Below, in pieces: positions 12,687 to 24,728 of a DNA stretch of 64,000 bases; position 1 is the first letter of the stretch, and every line of letters begins with the position of its first letter. The DNA is from Eledone cirrhosa (lineage: Eukaryota), in NCBI GenBank assembly GCA_964016885.1, contig OZ024763.1, forward strand, positions 30,504,001 through 30,568,000, given 5' to 3'. The position numbers were made by a program, and so were the translations under genes. The notes beneath the pieces are model-generated. The model saw only the letters and a list, made by a program, of their open reading frames with translations, had not been told where the DNA came from and searched no databases.

Positions 12687-13365
12687 AAATTTAAAATTTG
12701 TCCAGGTATCACGGCTATTGCCAATATAGGTTTGTTTTTATTGATTTATTATTTTAAATCGAGACAGGCAAACCGCATTATTTTAATTAGTATTTTTCAA
12801 TCTAGCTAACTTGGTCATTTGCAATGCGAACACATGTATACTTGTATCAGTGTTTATCCCTATCATATAGTCATTTGTATTACACAGCTCAGAAATATTC
12901 CTTTCTTTGAGCTATTTAATTGTAAAAGACTATTTGAGTTTATAACTCTATATATAATATTCTCGGCTCCATGCGTTGAGCTAATTTTTAGTCCCATAAA
13001 ACCGGCTGCTATTTTTAGCGGCACGAGTGTGGGACGTGCTAGGCGCTGTGACACATGTCCGTTCAACAACACATTTCTCTCAGTCTTCTTAAGTATTTTG
13101 AAGTGAAACTTACCAATTTCTGGATACCTGCAGAAGAGCACCAGGAATAGGAAATTTCACTTAATTGTTGCGAAACAAATTTAAAATTTGTCCAGGTATC
13201 ACGGCTATTGCCAATATAGGTTTGTTTTTATTGATTTATTATTTTAAATCGAGACAGGCAAACCGAATTATTTTAATTAGTAAATTTCAATCTAGCTAAC
13301 TTGGTCATTTGCAATGCAAACACATGTATACTTGTATGAGTGTTTATCCCTATCATATATTCATT

Positions 13366-13370
<5 letters not shown>
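12687..13370 (+). mobile_element. Retrozyme/mini-PLE-like element: ~1.4 copies of a 490-bp unit with a hammerhead at the junction
   Basis: Direct repeats 12687-12880 and 13177-13370 (offset 490); hammerhead 13123-13200; bulged hairpin GCTC-AGAAA...TTTCT-TT-GAGC 12887-12912; TA runs on both sides. Confidence 0.7.
13123..13200 (+). ncRNA. Type I hammerhead fold with variant CAGAAGA core and long stem III
   Basis: Stem I GATACCTG/CAGGTATC (8 bp), CAGAAGA 13131-13137, GCA/TGC closing stem II, GAAA 13172-13175, stem III ACAAATT/AATTTGT, GUC triplet. Confidence 0.7.
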
Positions 13371-13400
<30 letters not shown>

Positions 13401-13520
13401 GATAATAAGTTATGGTTTTAGGTAATCCAGTTAGAGGTTGTGAGTACTCTGTACTATGGATAGTTTTAACGTACAGCAAGTTTGCGAGAATTCCCATGTA
13501 GGTTATTCTTGGAGTAATAA

Positions 13521-13721
13521 TAGTGAAAGAGTGAAGAATAACATGGTCGACTGTACAAAAAAGGTTCCCATGATTTGATCAGAGACACACACTGTATTTA
13601 ATGACAAGTGACGCAATTTCAACTGATCAGCGGCCTTTAGACTCCCCTGATCAATGATACAATTGTTAGTACTGTAAATAAAACCCTTTTTGTACAGCCG
13701 ACCATGTTATTCTTCATTCTT

Positions 13722-13727
<6 letters not shown>
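13521..13727. mobile_element. Element with ~44-bp terminal inverted repeats (MITE or decayed inverted pLTR)
   Basis: TAGTGAAAGAGTGAAGAATAACATGGTCGACTGTACAAAAAAGG ... CCTTTTTGTACAGCCGACCATGTTATTCTTCATTCTTTCACTA, followed by (TA)n. Confidence 0.55.
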
Positions 13728-13774
<47 letters not shown>

Positions 13775-13983
13775 ATTTAGTTGATTTAGAATAAATGGTA
13801 TCGACCATAAAGTACTGAAACTGTAGTGATTTCCAGAGGTTGACTGAGGAGATGGGACTGTCTGTCTTTCAGTTGTTTTTTTCCATTGTTTTTTTTTCCA
13901 TTGTTTTTGCCATTGTCTTCGTCCTGTGTGATCCCTATTTTAAATATATATGTGTGTGTGTGTGTGTGTGTAGACACGGAGGA

Positions 13984-14036
<53 letters not shown>

Positions 14037-14116
14037 GCCTCTTCTAATAAAAGTACTTTCACACCAGATATTAGCTGTGTCGGAGAAGAAAATATATACT
14101 TTAGTCTTCACACACC

Positions 14117-14881
14117 ATACTTCCTTACCACCCGCCTCTCTCTCATACTTCCTTACCTCTCTCTCTCTTTCTCCTCTCTCACATACTTCCTTACCTCTCT
14201 CTCTTCTCTCTTACATACTTCCTTACCTCTCTCTCTTCTCTCTTACATACTTCCTTACCTCTCTCTCTTCTCTCTCACATACTTCCTTACCTCTCTCTCT
14301 CTTCTCTCTCACATACTTCCTTACCTCTCTCTCTCTCACACACACATACTTCCTTACCTCTCTCTTCTCTCTAACATACTTCCTTACCTCTCTCTCTCTC
14401 TCTTCTCTCACATACTTCCTTACCTCTCTCTCTCTCTCTCTCACATACTTCCTTACCTCTCTCTCTTCTCTCTCACATACTTCCTTACCTCTCTCTCTTC
14501 TCTCTCACATACTTCCTTACCTCTCTCTCTTCTCTCTCACATACTTCCTTACCTCTCTCTCTTCTCTCTCACATACTTCCTTACCTCTCTCTCTTCTCTC
14601 TCACATACTTCCTTACCTCTCTCTCTCTCTCTCTCTTCTCTCTCACATACTTCCTTACCTCTCTCTCTCTCTTCTCTCTCACATACTTCCTTACCTCTCT
14701 CTCTCTCTTCTCTCTCACATACTTCCTTACCTCTCTCTCTCTCTCTTCTCTCTCACATACTTCCTTACTTCTCTCTCTCTCTCTCTTCTCTCTCACATAC
14801 TTCCTTACCTCTCTCTCTCTCTCTCTTCTCTCTCACATACTTCCTTACTTCTCTCTCTCTCCTCTCTCACATACTTCCTTA

Positions 14882-14898
<17 letters not shown>
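14117..14898. repeat. Pyrimidine-rich minisatellite (CACATACTTCCTTAC + (CT)n)
   Basis: Roughly 35-45-bp units with a variable CT run. Confidence 0.9.
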
Positions 14899-14929
<31 letters not shown>

Positions 14930-15056
14930 GTATTATGACAGCAGTTGTACTGAAACAGAGAGTGACAGAGTAGTGGAGGGAGCCAGAGATCAGAGATAGA
15001 GAGGTATAGAGGAGCAATTCATGGACATATGTAATATATACATGTATGTTTATGTG

Positions 15057-15093
<37 letters not shown>

Positions 15094-15192
15094 GGGGGGG
15101 GGTATACTATTACAGCCAGAGTTCTCTGAAACCCTTAAGTAGAATTTTAATACCACATATATATAATATGACACAACAGATAGAGTGACAGG

Positions 15193-15790
15193 GAAGAAGA
15201 AGAAGAAGAAGAAGAAGAAGAAGAAGAAGAAGAAGAAGAAGAAGAAGAAGAAGAAGAAGGAAAGGAAAACAAGGAAAGTAGGAAACTAAGGAAATGAGAG
15301 AAAGAAAAAAATAGAAAAAAGAAAGAAACTATGAAGAAAGAAACAAAAATATTTTTAAAAGGATAAAAAGAGAAAAAGACAGGAAAAAAAGAGAAAGAAA
15401 GTAGTAAAGAAGAAAGAAACTAAGAAGAAAACTGAGAAAGAAACTGAGAAAGAAACTAAAAAAGAAACTAAGAAGGAAACTGAGAAAGAAATTAAAAAGA
15501 AAACTGAAAAGGAAACTGAGAAAGAAACTAGGAAAGAAACTGAGAAGGAATCTGAGAAAGAAACTGAGAAAGAAACTAAGAAGGAATCTGAGAAAGAAAT
15601 TAAAAAGAAAACTGAGAAGGAATCTGAGAAAGAAATTAAAAAGAAAACTGAGAAGGAAACTGAGAAAGAAACTGAGAAAGAAACTGAGAAGGAATCTGAG
15701 AAAGAAACTGAGAAAGAAACTAAGAAGGAATCTGAGAAAGAAATTAAAAAGAAAACTGAGAAGGAAACTGAGAAGGAAACTGAGAAAACA
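15193..15790. repeat. (GAA)n and 12-bp GAAACTGAGAAA minisatellite
   Basis: Direct inspection. Confidence 0.9.
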
Positions 15791-16282
15791 AACACTTTAT
15801 ATTTGAAGAAAAAAAGTGAAAATGGGAGAAAACAAAAGATTTTGTTGTTTTAAAAAATATATAAAGTTGGTTGTTTTGTTGACTAAATATATGGTGGATG
15901 GTGTTGTGCTGTGTTGTGTTGTAGTGGTGTGTGTATATGGTTGAAGGTGTGTGTGTAGTGGTGGGTGTTGAAGGTGTGTGTAGTGAGGTGTGTGAGTGTG
16001 TATATATGGATGGTGGAAGATGTGTAGTGGTGTGTACTGGTGTGTGTGTATGGATAGTTGAAGGTGTGTGTAGTGGTGTGTGTAGTGAGGTGACTGTGTG
16101 TGTGTATGTGTGTATATATGGATGGTGGAAGATGTGTAGTGGTGTGTACTGGTGTGTGTGTATGGATAGTTGAAGGTGTGTATACTGGTGTGAGTAAATG
16201 GATGGTTGAAGGTAGAGACATTGATATCGTTATGTGTATACCGGTATGTGTGTAGTTGCGTTTGTGCATGCTTGTGTCTGTG

Positions 16283-16332
<50 letters not shown>

Positions 16333-16371
16333 CATATAGACAGACATACAGATAGATAGATAGATAGATAG

Positions 16372-16932
16372 ATATGTTTCTTTATTAGCCACAGGGGCAC
16401 AAAAGAAGGGGAAAAATACAAAGGGGGAAGTTTACATACAATAAAAATGTGTAAAATACTATCACAAATGCAATTTAAAAGTTAATTGATTTTCCCCAAT
16501 AGGGGGAGACATTACATATGGGTAACACAAACCCCCGAATAAATGTGCAACCCTCATCTTCAGGAGTACGAAGAGTTTGTACTCCTTTCCTCTCTTCCTC
16601 CATTTCCTCAACCTACAGGCTGATATAGAGAGAAGGCCCATACACTGGGGCCATTCTCGCCACTTCCACCCTCCTTTCATAAAACTTGCTGGGGTACAGC
16701 ACCTCTCTCTCCATCCTGACTCTTCTTCCAAAGTGGTATTTGAAAAAAAAGAATCAGTTGTTGGCCGGAGAGAAAGGTGTCTGACCTCAGCCCTTTTAAC
16801 CTCGCCCACCATGCAACCTCTTTCGCCATGGCTATCACACAGAGGAAACCCGCCTCTCCTTCGTTTTTGAAGGAGGGTGGTCAACCGGATTGGTCCCACC
16901 CGCGACAATAGTCGTTCTACATAGCCCCACAG
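16372..16932 (-). mobile_element. 5'-truncated L1/Tx1-like LINE 3' end
   Basis: Frameshifted peptide LWGYVERLL...FLCVIAMAKEVAWWARLKGL...RRVRMEREVL...SL*, resembling Tx1-type ORF2 C-termini; 3'UTR ends AATAAAGAAAC then (TATC)n. Confidence 0.6.
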
Positions 16933-17257
16933 GCAGATAGACAGACAGACAGACAAACAGACAGACTGATAGGATAGATAGTCAGACAGACAGACAGACA
17001 GACTGATAGGATAGATAGTCAGACCGACAGACAGGTAGACAGACAGACAGACACGGTGACAGACATAGAGATGGTTAGATAGTTGACTTAATGGTTGAAC
17101 GGCCTCTGCAAGCTGAAGGCCGAATGTGTGTGTATATGTGTGTATATGCATGTGTGTGTGTATATGTGTGTGTGTGTGTATATGTGTGTGTTGTCTACTG
17201 AAGCCGTATGTGTGTCTGTGTATGCGAGTGTTGTTCTATTAAAGCCGTATGTATATG

Positions 17258-17337
<80 letters not shown>

Positions 17338-17351
17338 GTTCTACTAAATCG

Positions 17352-17389
<38 letters not shown>

Positions 17390-17406
17390 TGTATATATAT
17401 ATATAT

Positions 17407-17940
17407 GATGATGGCTGCCCCCTCGTTATCGAGTATGGCCATTCCACGATATACCATTATTAATAATTATTAATTAATTCTATCTATCGTGCAATGCCTG
17501 TGCGTGAAGATATTTTTTAAAGTGAGGAAAGACTGTGCACTGAGCCAATCCCACTCTCTGAGCGACAGTAGCTATAACCCGAAAAGAAGAAAAGATGAAC
17601 ATCATCGGTAACTACTGAGCCGCAGGTTTTATATCGGAGTTACCCCAGTTTCCTGAGTTGCCTTCTCCTAGAAGAATGCCCTGACAAAGGCTAGGGGTCC
17701 TTCACTCCCAGTGGTTTAACCGCGCGATCGGGCGTCCAGCCCGACTATTTCTATGTCCCCGCGCATATACACACACATTTACCCATATATATACACATAT
17801 ACACATAGTCGTCGCCGACCAAACCGGCAACCCCACCAAGTTTACTTGGTGAGAAGGGTGATTTTGGACACCCTGCAGGACAAAAAACAAAACCTGACAA
17901 AGGCCAGAAGAACTCATAAGGGTCAACGGCCATCCAAAAG
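17407..17940. mobile_element. RTE-related non-autonomous repeat fragments
   Basis: Shares the GGCTGCC..CTCG..CGAGTA.GGCC start and TTCTCCTAGAA...GACAAAGGCTA block with the 18028/18518 units. Confidence 0.45.
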
Positions 17941-18027
17941 TGTGTAAATATATATATATATACACATGTACATATATATACATACATATATATATATATA
18001 CATACATACATATATACATACATACAT

Positions 18028-19003
18028 GGAGGCTGCCAACTCGTTTTCGAGTACGGCCACTACTTTATATCCATGTAGGAGAACCCCTACCGATGCGCTG
18101 AACGAGTGTGACTTTTTAGTCCAGCCAGTGACTTGAAAACTCTGGTACAAAGACTACCCTTGTGACAATTATTGACACATAGTGCTGGGCCCATGGTACC
18201 ATGTGACGACAAGTGCAGAGAGATCTCCAGATATAAAGCAATGCCTGTGCCGTGAAGCTTTTATAGTGAGCAAAGGCACTGCACAAAGCCAGTCCCACTC
18301 TCTTAACCAAGATGATATTTACCAAAAAGAAGAACAAGTCAACATCATTGGATACCATCAGGGTTGCAGGTGTTATATCAGAGTTTTCCTTCTCCTAGAA
18401 TTCTGCCTTGACAAAGGCTAAGGGGTCATCTCTCCCGGTGATTTTGGATGGCCATTGACTCTTAAGAGCTCCTTTGCCCTTATGTATACATACATATATA
18501 TACATACATATAAACATGGTGGCTGCCAACTCGTTTTCGAGTACGGCCACTACTTTATATCAATGTAGGAGAACCCCTACCGATGCGCTGAACGAGTGTG
18601 ACCTTTTAGTCCAGCCAGCGACTTGAAAACTCTGGTACAAACACTACACTTGTGACAATTATTGACTCATAGTGCTGGGCCCATGGTACCATGTGACGAC
18701 AAGTGCAGAGAGATCTCCAGATATAAAGCAATGCCTCTGCCGTGAAGCTTTTATAGTGAGCAAAGGCACTGCACAAAGCCAGTCCCACTCTCTTAACCAA
18801 GATGATATTTACCAAAAAGAAGAACAAGTCAACATCATTGGATACCATCAGGGTTGCAGGTGTTATATCAGAGTTTTCCTTCTCCTAGAATTCTGCCTTG
18901 ACAAAGGCTAAGGGGTCATCTCTCCCGGTGATTTTGGATGGCCATTGACTCTTAAGAGCTCCTTTGCCCTTATGTATACATACATATATATACATACATA
19001 TAA

Positions 19004-19007
<4 letters not shown>
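18028..19007 (+). repeat. 490-bp tandem duplication of an interspersed (RTE-related) element
   Basis: Units start at 18028 and 18518, near-identical; duplicate ORFs in track. Confidence 0.85.
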
Positions 19008-19074
<67 letters not shown>

Positions 19075-19090
19075 CATACATACATATATA

Positions 19091-19533
19091 CACCTCTCCA
19101 AGACAATGTCACTGGACCGTGACCTTTGGCGGTACTCAGTAACAGAGAAGACCCGCCTTGCCAGTAGGCATCTCTAACAAACTACACCCCGTCCCGCCAC
19201 CACCCCCACCCCATCCACACCACCCCGTTCCATGTAAAGTTATGTTGGTGCCGCGCCATCCAGGCCGAAACAAACGAGATCGTGTAGGTGTCACGACAAA
19301 AAAACACACAGTCCACGCTGTAATGTGGCCGTGTAGGCAACACGGTAAAAACCTCCCAGCCCCACACTGTAAATGTGGTTGGTGTTAGGAAGGGCATCCA
19401 ACTGTAGAAAACCCGCCAGACAGTCCTATGCGAGCAAGACAATCACTCTTGCCTCAAGTGGGACTACCCCCGTCCAAACCCATGCAAGCGTGGAACACGG
19501 ACGTTAAACGTTGATGATGATGATGATGATGAT
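19091..19533 (+). mobile_element. RTE LINE 3' fragment (ORF end + 3'UTR, TGA tail)
   Basis: [17 protein letters not shown]...; matches the 3' end of the 28326-29580 element. Confidence 0.85.
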
Positions 19534-19911
19534 ATATATATACATATTTTGCCGTTCTTGGGACTTCTGTCCTAGGAAAGGAATATGCTCTCTGATGATC
19601 TGAACATTTCCATTGGAGATCCCTAGGATCTCCAATCCTTTGTAAGGTGAAAACGTCAGTAAAAGCAGATGGATTAGGTAAATATTTAAATTATATTTTT
19701 TTTATTTATTTTAAGAAATTGTTTGAATTTTACTTGCTCCACTTATCTCAATTTTACACATATATATATATATATAGTTTTGGCAACATGACCCTCCCAA
19801 AGTATAACAATATATATATATATATATACATATATATAAGTATTAATAAAATAGATGTTCTTTTGATCAATTATCATTATATTTTGGATTTTGTATTATC
19901 ATTATATTTTG

Positions 19912-20097
19912 GGTGAATTGGCAGTCTCGGTAGAGGGTTAGACGCCATGCTTTCTAGCATAGTTACGTCCCTTTACAGTCTGAGTTCAAATCCCGCCGAG
20001 GTTAACTTTGCCTTTCGTCCTTACGGGGTCGATAAAATAAAGTACCAGTAATGTACTGGGTAATTTGCTGGCCTTGTGCCTAAAGTAGAAACAATTA
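19912..20097 (+). mobile_element. S2 SINE inserted into a hammerhead element
   Basis: Full S2 copy; ATTATATTTTG on both sides (possible TSD). Confidence 0.8.
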
Positions 20098-20157
20098 TAT
20101 TTTGTCTGATGAGGACATACTGTTGTACATCCGAAATATGTATAATAAAATGTAATT
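20093..20157 (+). ncRNA. Type I hammerhead ribozyme (minimal stem III)
   Basis: Stem I TATTTTGT/ATAAAATG, CTGATGA 20106-20112, GGA...TCC stem II, GAAA 20133-20136, TATGTATA; hairpin ACTC...TT-GAGT 20198-20225; inverted partial arm at 19835-19873. Confidence 0.75.
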
Positions 20158-20367
20158 GATCAAAAGAACATCTATTTTATTAATACTTATATTAATAACT
20201 CCTGAAAATTATTTTTCCGTTGAGTGCTTCCAATCTACTGTAAAACTCATTCTTTGACATAATCATCGAATATTGTTTAACAATTTAATACTTATATATA
20301 TACATATATATATATACATACATATATATATATATATACATACGTATATATATACATACATATATAT

Positions 20368-20669
20368 CATCATTTCATCATCATCATTTCATTTTACGTC
20401 CGCTTTTTCCCTGCTTGCAAGGGTGGGACGGGAACTGATTCTGGCTTGATTTCTACAGCTGGATGCCCTTCCTAACACCAACCTCATTTACAGTGAGTGC
20501 TGGGTGCTTTTTTGCTGTGGCACCTCCACGACCACTTTGCAGTGGAATGATAGGGACCCCAGTCCCTATCATCTCATTTCTACAGCTGAGTAAACTGGAG
20601 CAATGTGAAATAAAGTGTCTTGCTCAAGGAAACAACACATCACCCGGTCTGAGAATTGAACTTACAACC
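20368..20669 (-). mobile_element. SINE family S1, 5' truncated
   Basis: Matches 2221-2559. Confidence 0.85.
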
Positions 20670-20754
20670 CCAATATACATACATATATATATATACATAT
20701 ATATATATATACATACATATATATATATATACATACATATATATATATATATAT

Positions 20755-20805
<51 letters not shown>

Positions 20806-20840
20806 CATATATACATACATATATATATATATATACATAC

Positions 20841-20871
<31 letters not shown>

Positions 20872-20985
20872 CATACATATATATATATATAATAAGCATG
20901 TTTATCTCTCTCTCCCTCCCTCTCTTTATATATATGTATATATATGTTTATTTATTTCTCTCTCCCTATCGCCCATCTACCTATT

Positions 20986-21093
<108 letters not shown>

Positions 21094-21464
21094 ACCGCCA
21101 CCGCTACCACCACCATCCCCACCACTACTACCCCCCTCCACTACCACCACCACCACTACTACTACCACCATCCTCACTACCATCACCACCACCACTACTA
21201 CCCCCTCCACTACCACTACCACCACCACCACTATCAGTACCACCACCACCACCATCAAACACCACAACATCTCCCCCTATAACACCACCACTACCACGAC
21301 CACCACTACCAACATCACCATTGTGTCAACTATAAAACAAGCTACAGGAAAAGCTGAGCTTTTGGTTTTGCGGTTGTTTAGCGGCGTTGATGGTTAATTG
21401 GGGGAGGGGGGGTATTTACATTGTCAATGGAAATAACATTGGAGCAGACGGAAAAATACAACAC

Positions 21465-21521
<57 letters not shown>

Positions 21522-21707
21522 TCGATATACCTCATATGAAATAATACAGCCAATTTTCCACACAATACAATTAGTTAGCACACCCTGAACGTTTAATTAG
21601 GAATATACTCTCTTATTTCCTAATGTTTGTTGAGTGAGTTGGGATTTGGTCGGAGTATCGCTATTAGCTTTCTCCGATAATGTATTTATATTGTTATATA
21701 TATATAT

Positions 21708-21845
21708 GTTGATGCCCTAAGGACAGACACTGGTCTGTTGGAGATGCAGGACATGGCAGTGATAATGAGGGACAGAGACCGCTGGAGAGAACTCGTCCAT
21801 GGATCTCGGGAATTTTACCCGCCTTAGATAGATAGATATATAGAT
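21708..21845 (+). mobile_element. RTE-type LINE extreme 3' end with (TAGA)n tail
   Basis: Translates DALRTDTGLLEMQDMAVIMRDRDRWRELVHGSREFYPP*, an RTE-like C-terminus. Confidence 0.65.
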
Positions 21846-21875
21846 ATATATATATATACACACACAATGTATAGA

Positions 21876-22003
21876 CAGTGAAATTCCGTGTAATGAAGAA
21901 TTCTTTATAACGAGATCGACCTAACACGTCGAGCGTGAGGCCCGTGATTTAAAAAAAAAATTCGTTATACTGAAAAATTCGTTATAACGGAATTTTACTT
22001 GTA
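21876..22003. mobile_element. pogo/Tigger-like MITE
   Basis: TIRs CAGTGAAATTCCG ... CGGAATTTTACTTG followed by TA. Confidence 0.6.
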
Positions 22004-22059
22004 TGTATAAATAAATAGTAATAAACATCTTACTTAAACTTCATTATACATATGTGTGC

Positions 22060-22125
<66 letters not shown>

Positions 22126-22235
22126 CCTAAATAAAATGAATTTTTAAACTCTACTTCAATATTGAGTACGCCCTTCTCTCTGCCGTCCACTACACACACA
22201 CATGTATATATATATGTGTGTGTGTGTATGTATGT

Positions 22236-22342
22236 ACAGGGTGTCCTCAAAAAATGTAGTCATAATTTGATTACCTGTACAGGCAATATTTATTAGAATG
22301 CTGTTGAAGTATGTATACATTGGGGGAGGGGGGCACCCTATA
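22236..22342. mobile_element. ~100-bp Tc1/mariner MITE
   Basis: TA-CAGGGTGTCC...GGCACCCT ends; further copies at ~44160-44256, 59878-59957, 59973-60051, 61082-61181, 61865-61941. Confidence 0.75.
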
Positions 22343-22549
22343 TATATACACATATATATATATATATATATACATGAAGTATACTCGTATATATATATAC
22401 ACGAAGTAGGTACAAGAAACCTTTGGTAAATGAAATAATTATCTTATGTTGTTTATTACATAACTATATATATTGGAAAAGTAAACAAAGAGTACAGTTA
22501 GGTATAAGGTTCACGGTTGAGAATGGGGGGGGGGGGTATTTATATATTT

Positions 22550-22699
22550 ATATATAAATATATATATATATATATCATGAATAAATAAATATATTACATA
22601 TATATATATATATAAATATAATATAAATATAAATTCAGCGAGAATCGCATTTCGGCGGGTAGAGAAAGCGAAACGTAATGCAAATTCCATATATATAAT

Positions 22700-22757
<58 letters not shown>

Positions 22758-23103
22758 TATAAATATATATATATATATATAAATATATTATATATATATA
22801 TATATAAATATATTATATATATATATAAATATATAAATAAAATATATATATATTAATATATAAATATATACATATAAATATATATTATATATATATTAAT
22901 ATATAAATATATACATATAAATATATATATAAATAAATATATACATATAAATATATATATAAATAAATATATACATATAAATATATATATAAATAAATAT
23001 ATACATATATATATTAATTATATATAAATATATACATATTATATATATACATATAAATATATATATAAATAAATATATATATAAATAAATATATACATAT
23101 ATC

Positions 23104-23135
<32 letters not shown>

Positions 23136-23161
23136 TATATATAAATAAATATATACATATA

Positions 23162-23205
<44 letters not shown>
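22550..23205. repeat. AT-rich low complexity/(TA)n
   Basis: Direct inspection. Confidence 0.85.
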
Positions 23206-23209
<4 letters not shown>

Positions 23210-23573
23210 TAAAATATATATATATAGGCATACACACACACACATGCAGCATGAATGAACGCTTGAGTGAGTATAGTAGCTACTGCGGTCGTAAGCGGGA
23301 TAATGGGCGTGTGAACAAGAGAGCTTGCGAAAAGGCTTCGGCGTTCGCCTTCCGTACGAGAGTATAAGGCTGTTGTTGTGAATGAAACGTCTATGAATGG
23401 ATGGATGGATGAATGAATGAATGGATGGTTGTTTGTATGTGTGGGCGTGTGAATATATATATATATGTATGTATCTATGTCTGTCTATGTATTTGTCTGT
23501 TTCTGTGTGTATGAATGTGTGTGAATAGGTGTAGCTGTGTCGTTGTCACCGTCACCACTAAATATACTTTTAG

Positions 23574-23637
<64 letters not shown>

Positions 23638-23693
23638 GATTACATTCGTTAGCACTGCTGCAGCCTTAGCTGCGATTATACTGAGCTTCCATT

Positions 23694-23798
<105 letters not shown>

Positions 23799-23891
23799 AG
23801 GAGGTGAGTTTTATTGTAGTACAATAAATGATATGTTGATTTAAAACAGCACTATCCACAAGTGTTTTTTAGCCTTCATATCATGTTCTCC

Positions 23892-23962
23892 TGTTTTATC
23901 TGATGAAAACACAAATATTATTGCATGATGATGTTTGTTTTTGAAATGCGCATAATAAAATA
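23892..23962 (+). ncRNA. Type I hammerhead ribozyme
   Basis: Stem I TGTTTTAT/ATAAAATA, CTGATGA 23900-23906, long AU-rich stem II, GAAA 23943-23946, palindromic stem III ATGCGCAT, AUA triplet; lies in element 23796-23997. Confidence 0.8.
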
Positions 23963-23992
23963 CATGGAACTCCTTTAACCATCTTTTGATCT

Positions 23993-24028
<36 letters not shown>

Positions 24029-24037
<9 letters not shown>

Positions 24038-24568
24038 TAAACAAATAATGAACAAACAATTCCTTATATTAAACAAAAAAAGTTCACTATTTAACGATCG
24101 TTTCTAGGGTATATATGTGCTATAATTGGTATGCATATTTAACAGATCTATGTACAAAATTATACAAAATTATACAAATTATCAAGATTAAATATACATA
24201 CCTAACACATATATACGCCGTCTTCAGAAATTATTTCTGAAGACGGCGTGTATATATGTGTTAGGTATGTATATTTAATCTTGATAATTTGTATAATTTT
24301 GTATAATTTTGTACATAGATCTGTTAAATATGCATACCAATTATAGCACATATATACCCTAGAAACGATCGTTAAATAGTGAACTTTTTTTGTTTAATAT
24401 AAGGAATTGTTTGTTCATTATTTGTTTAATATTTTATCTTGACTCTGTATACCGTTTATCTTTCACCGAAATTGGATTTTCATTACATCTCTTCTTTCCA
24501 TGATATCCGGAATACATTGAGTTCTTCATACGGATTGGACACTACCGTAAACTCTTGGTAGATTTATC

Positions 24569-24572
<4 letters not shown>
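24029..24572 (+). mobile_element. ~410-bp palindrome (inverted pLTR pair) plus tail, in (TA)n
   Basis: Arms 24029-24231 and 24233-24437; hairpin ACTC-TGTAT...ATACA-TT-GAGT 24442-24522; ends CTACA then (TA)n. Confidence 0.8.
24232..24378 (+). ncRNA. Type I hammerhead fold with 118-nt stem II domain
   Basis: TATTT/AAATA stem I, CTGAAGA 24237-24243, GTATATATGTG/CACATATATAC in stem II, GAAA 24362-24365, palindromic ACGATCGT, GUU triplet; mirrored on minus strand. Confidence 0.6.
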
Positions 24573-24619
<47 letters not shown>

Positions 24620-24689
24620 TTTAGCTCTGGTACTTACATAGAGCACTCTTCACTCCTATGTCTTTTTCAATTTTCAACGGAAACTTCAT

Positions 24690-24720
<31 letters not shown>

Positions 24721-24728
<8 letters not shown>

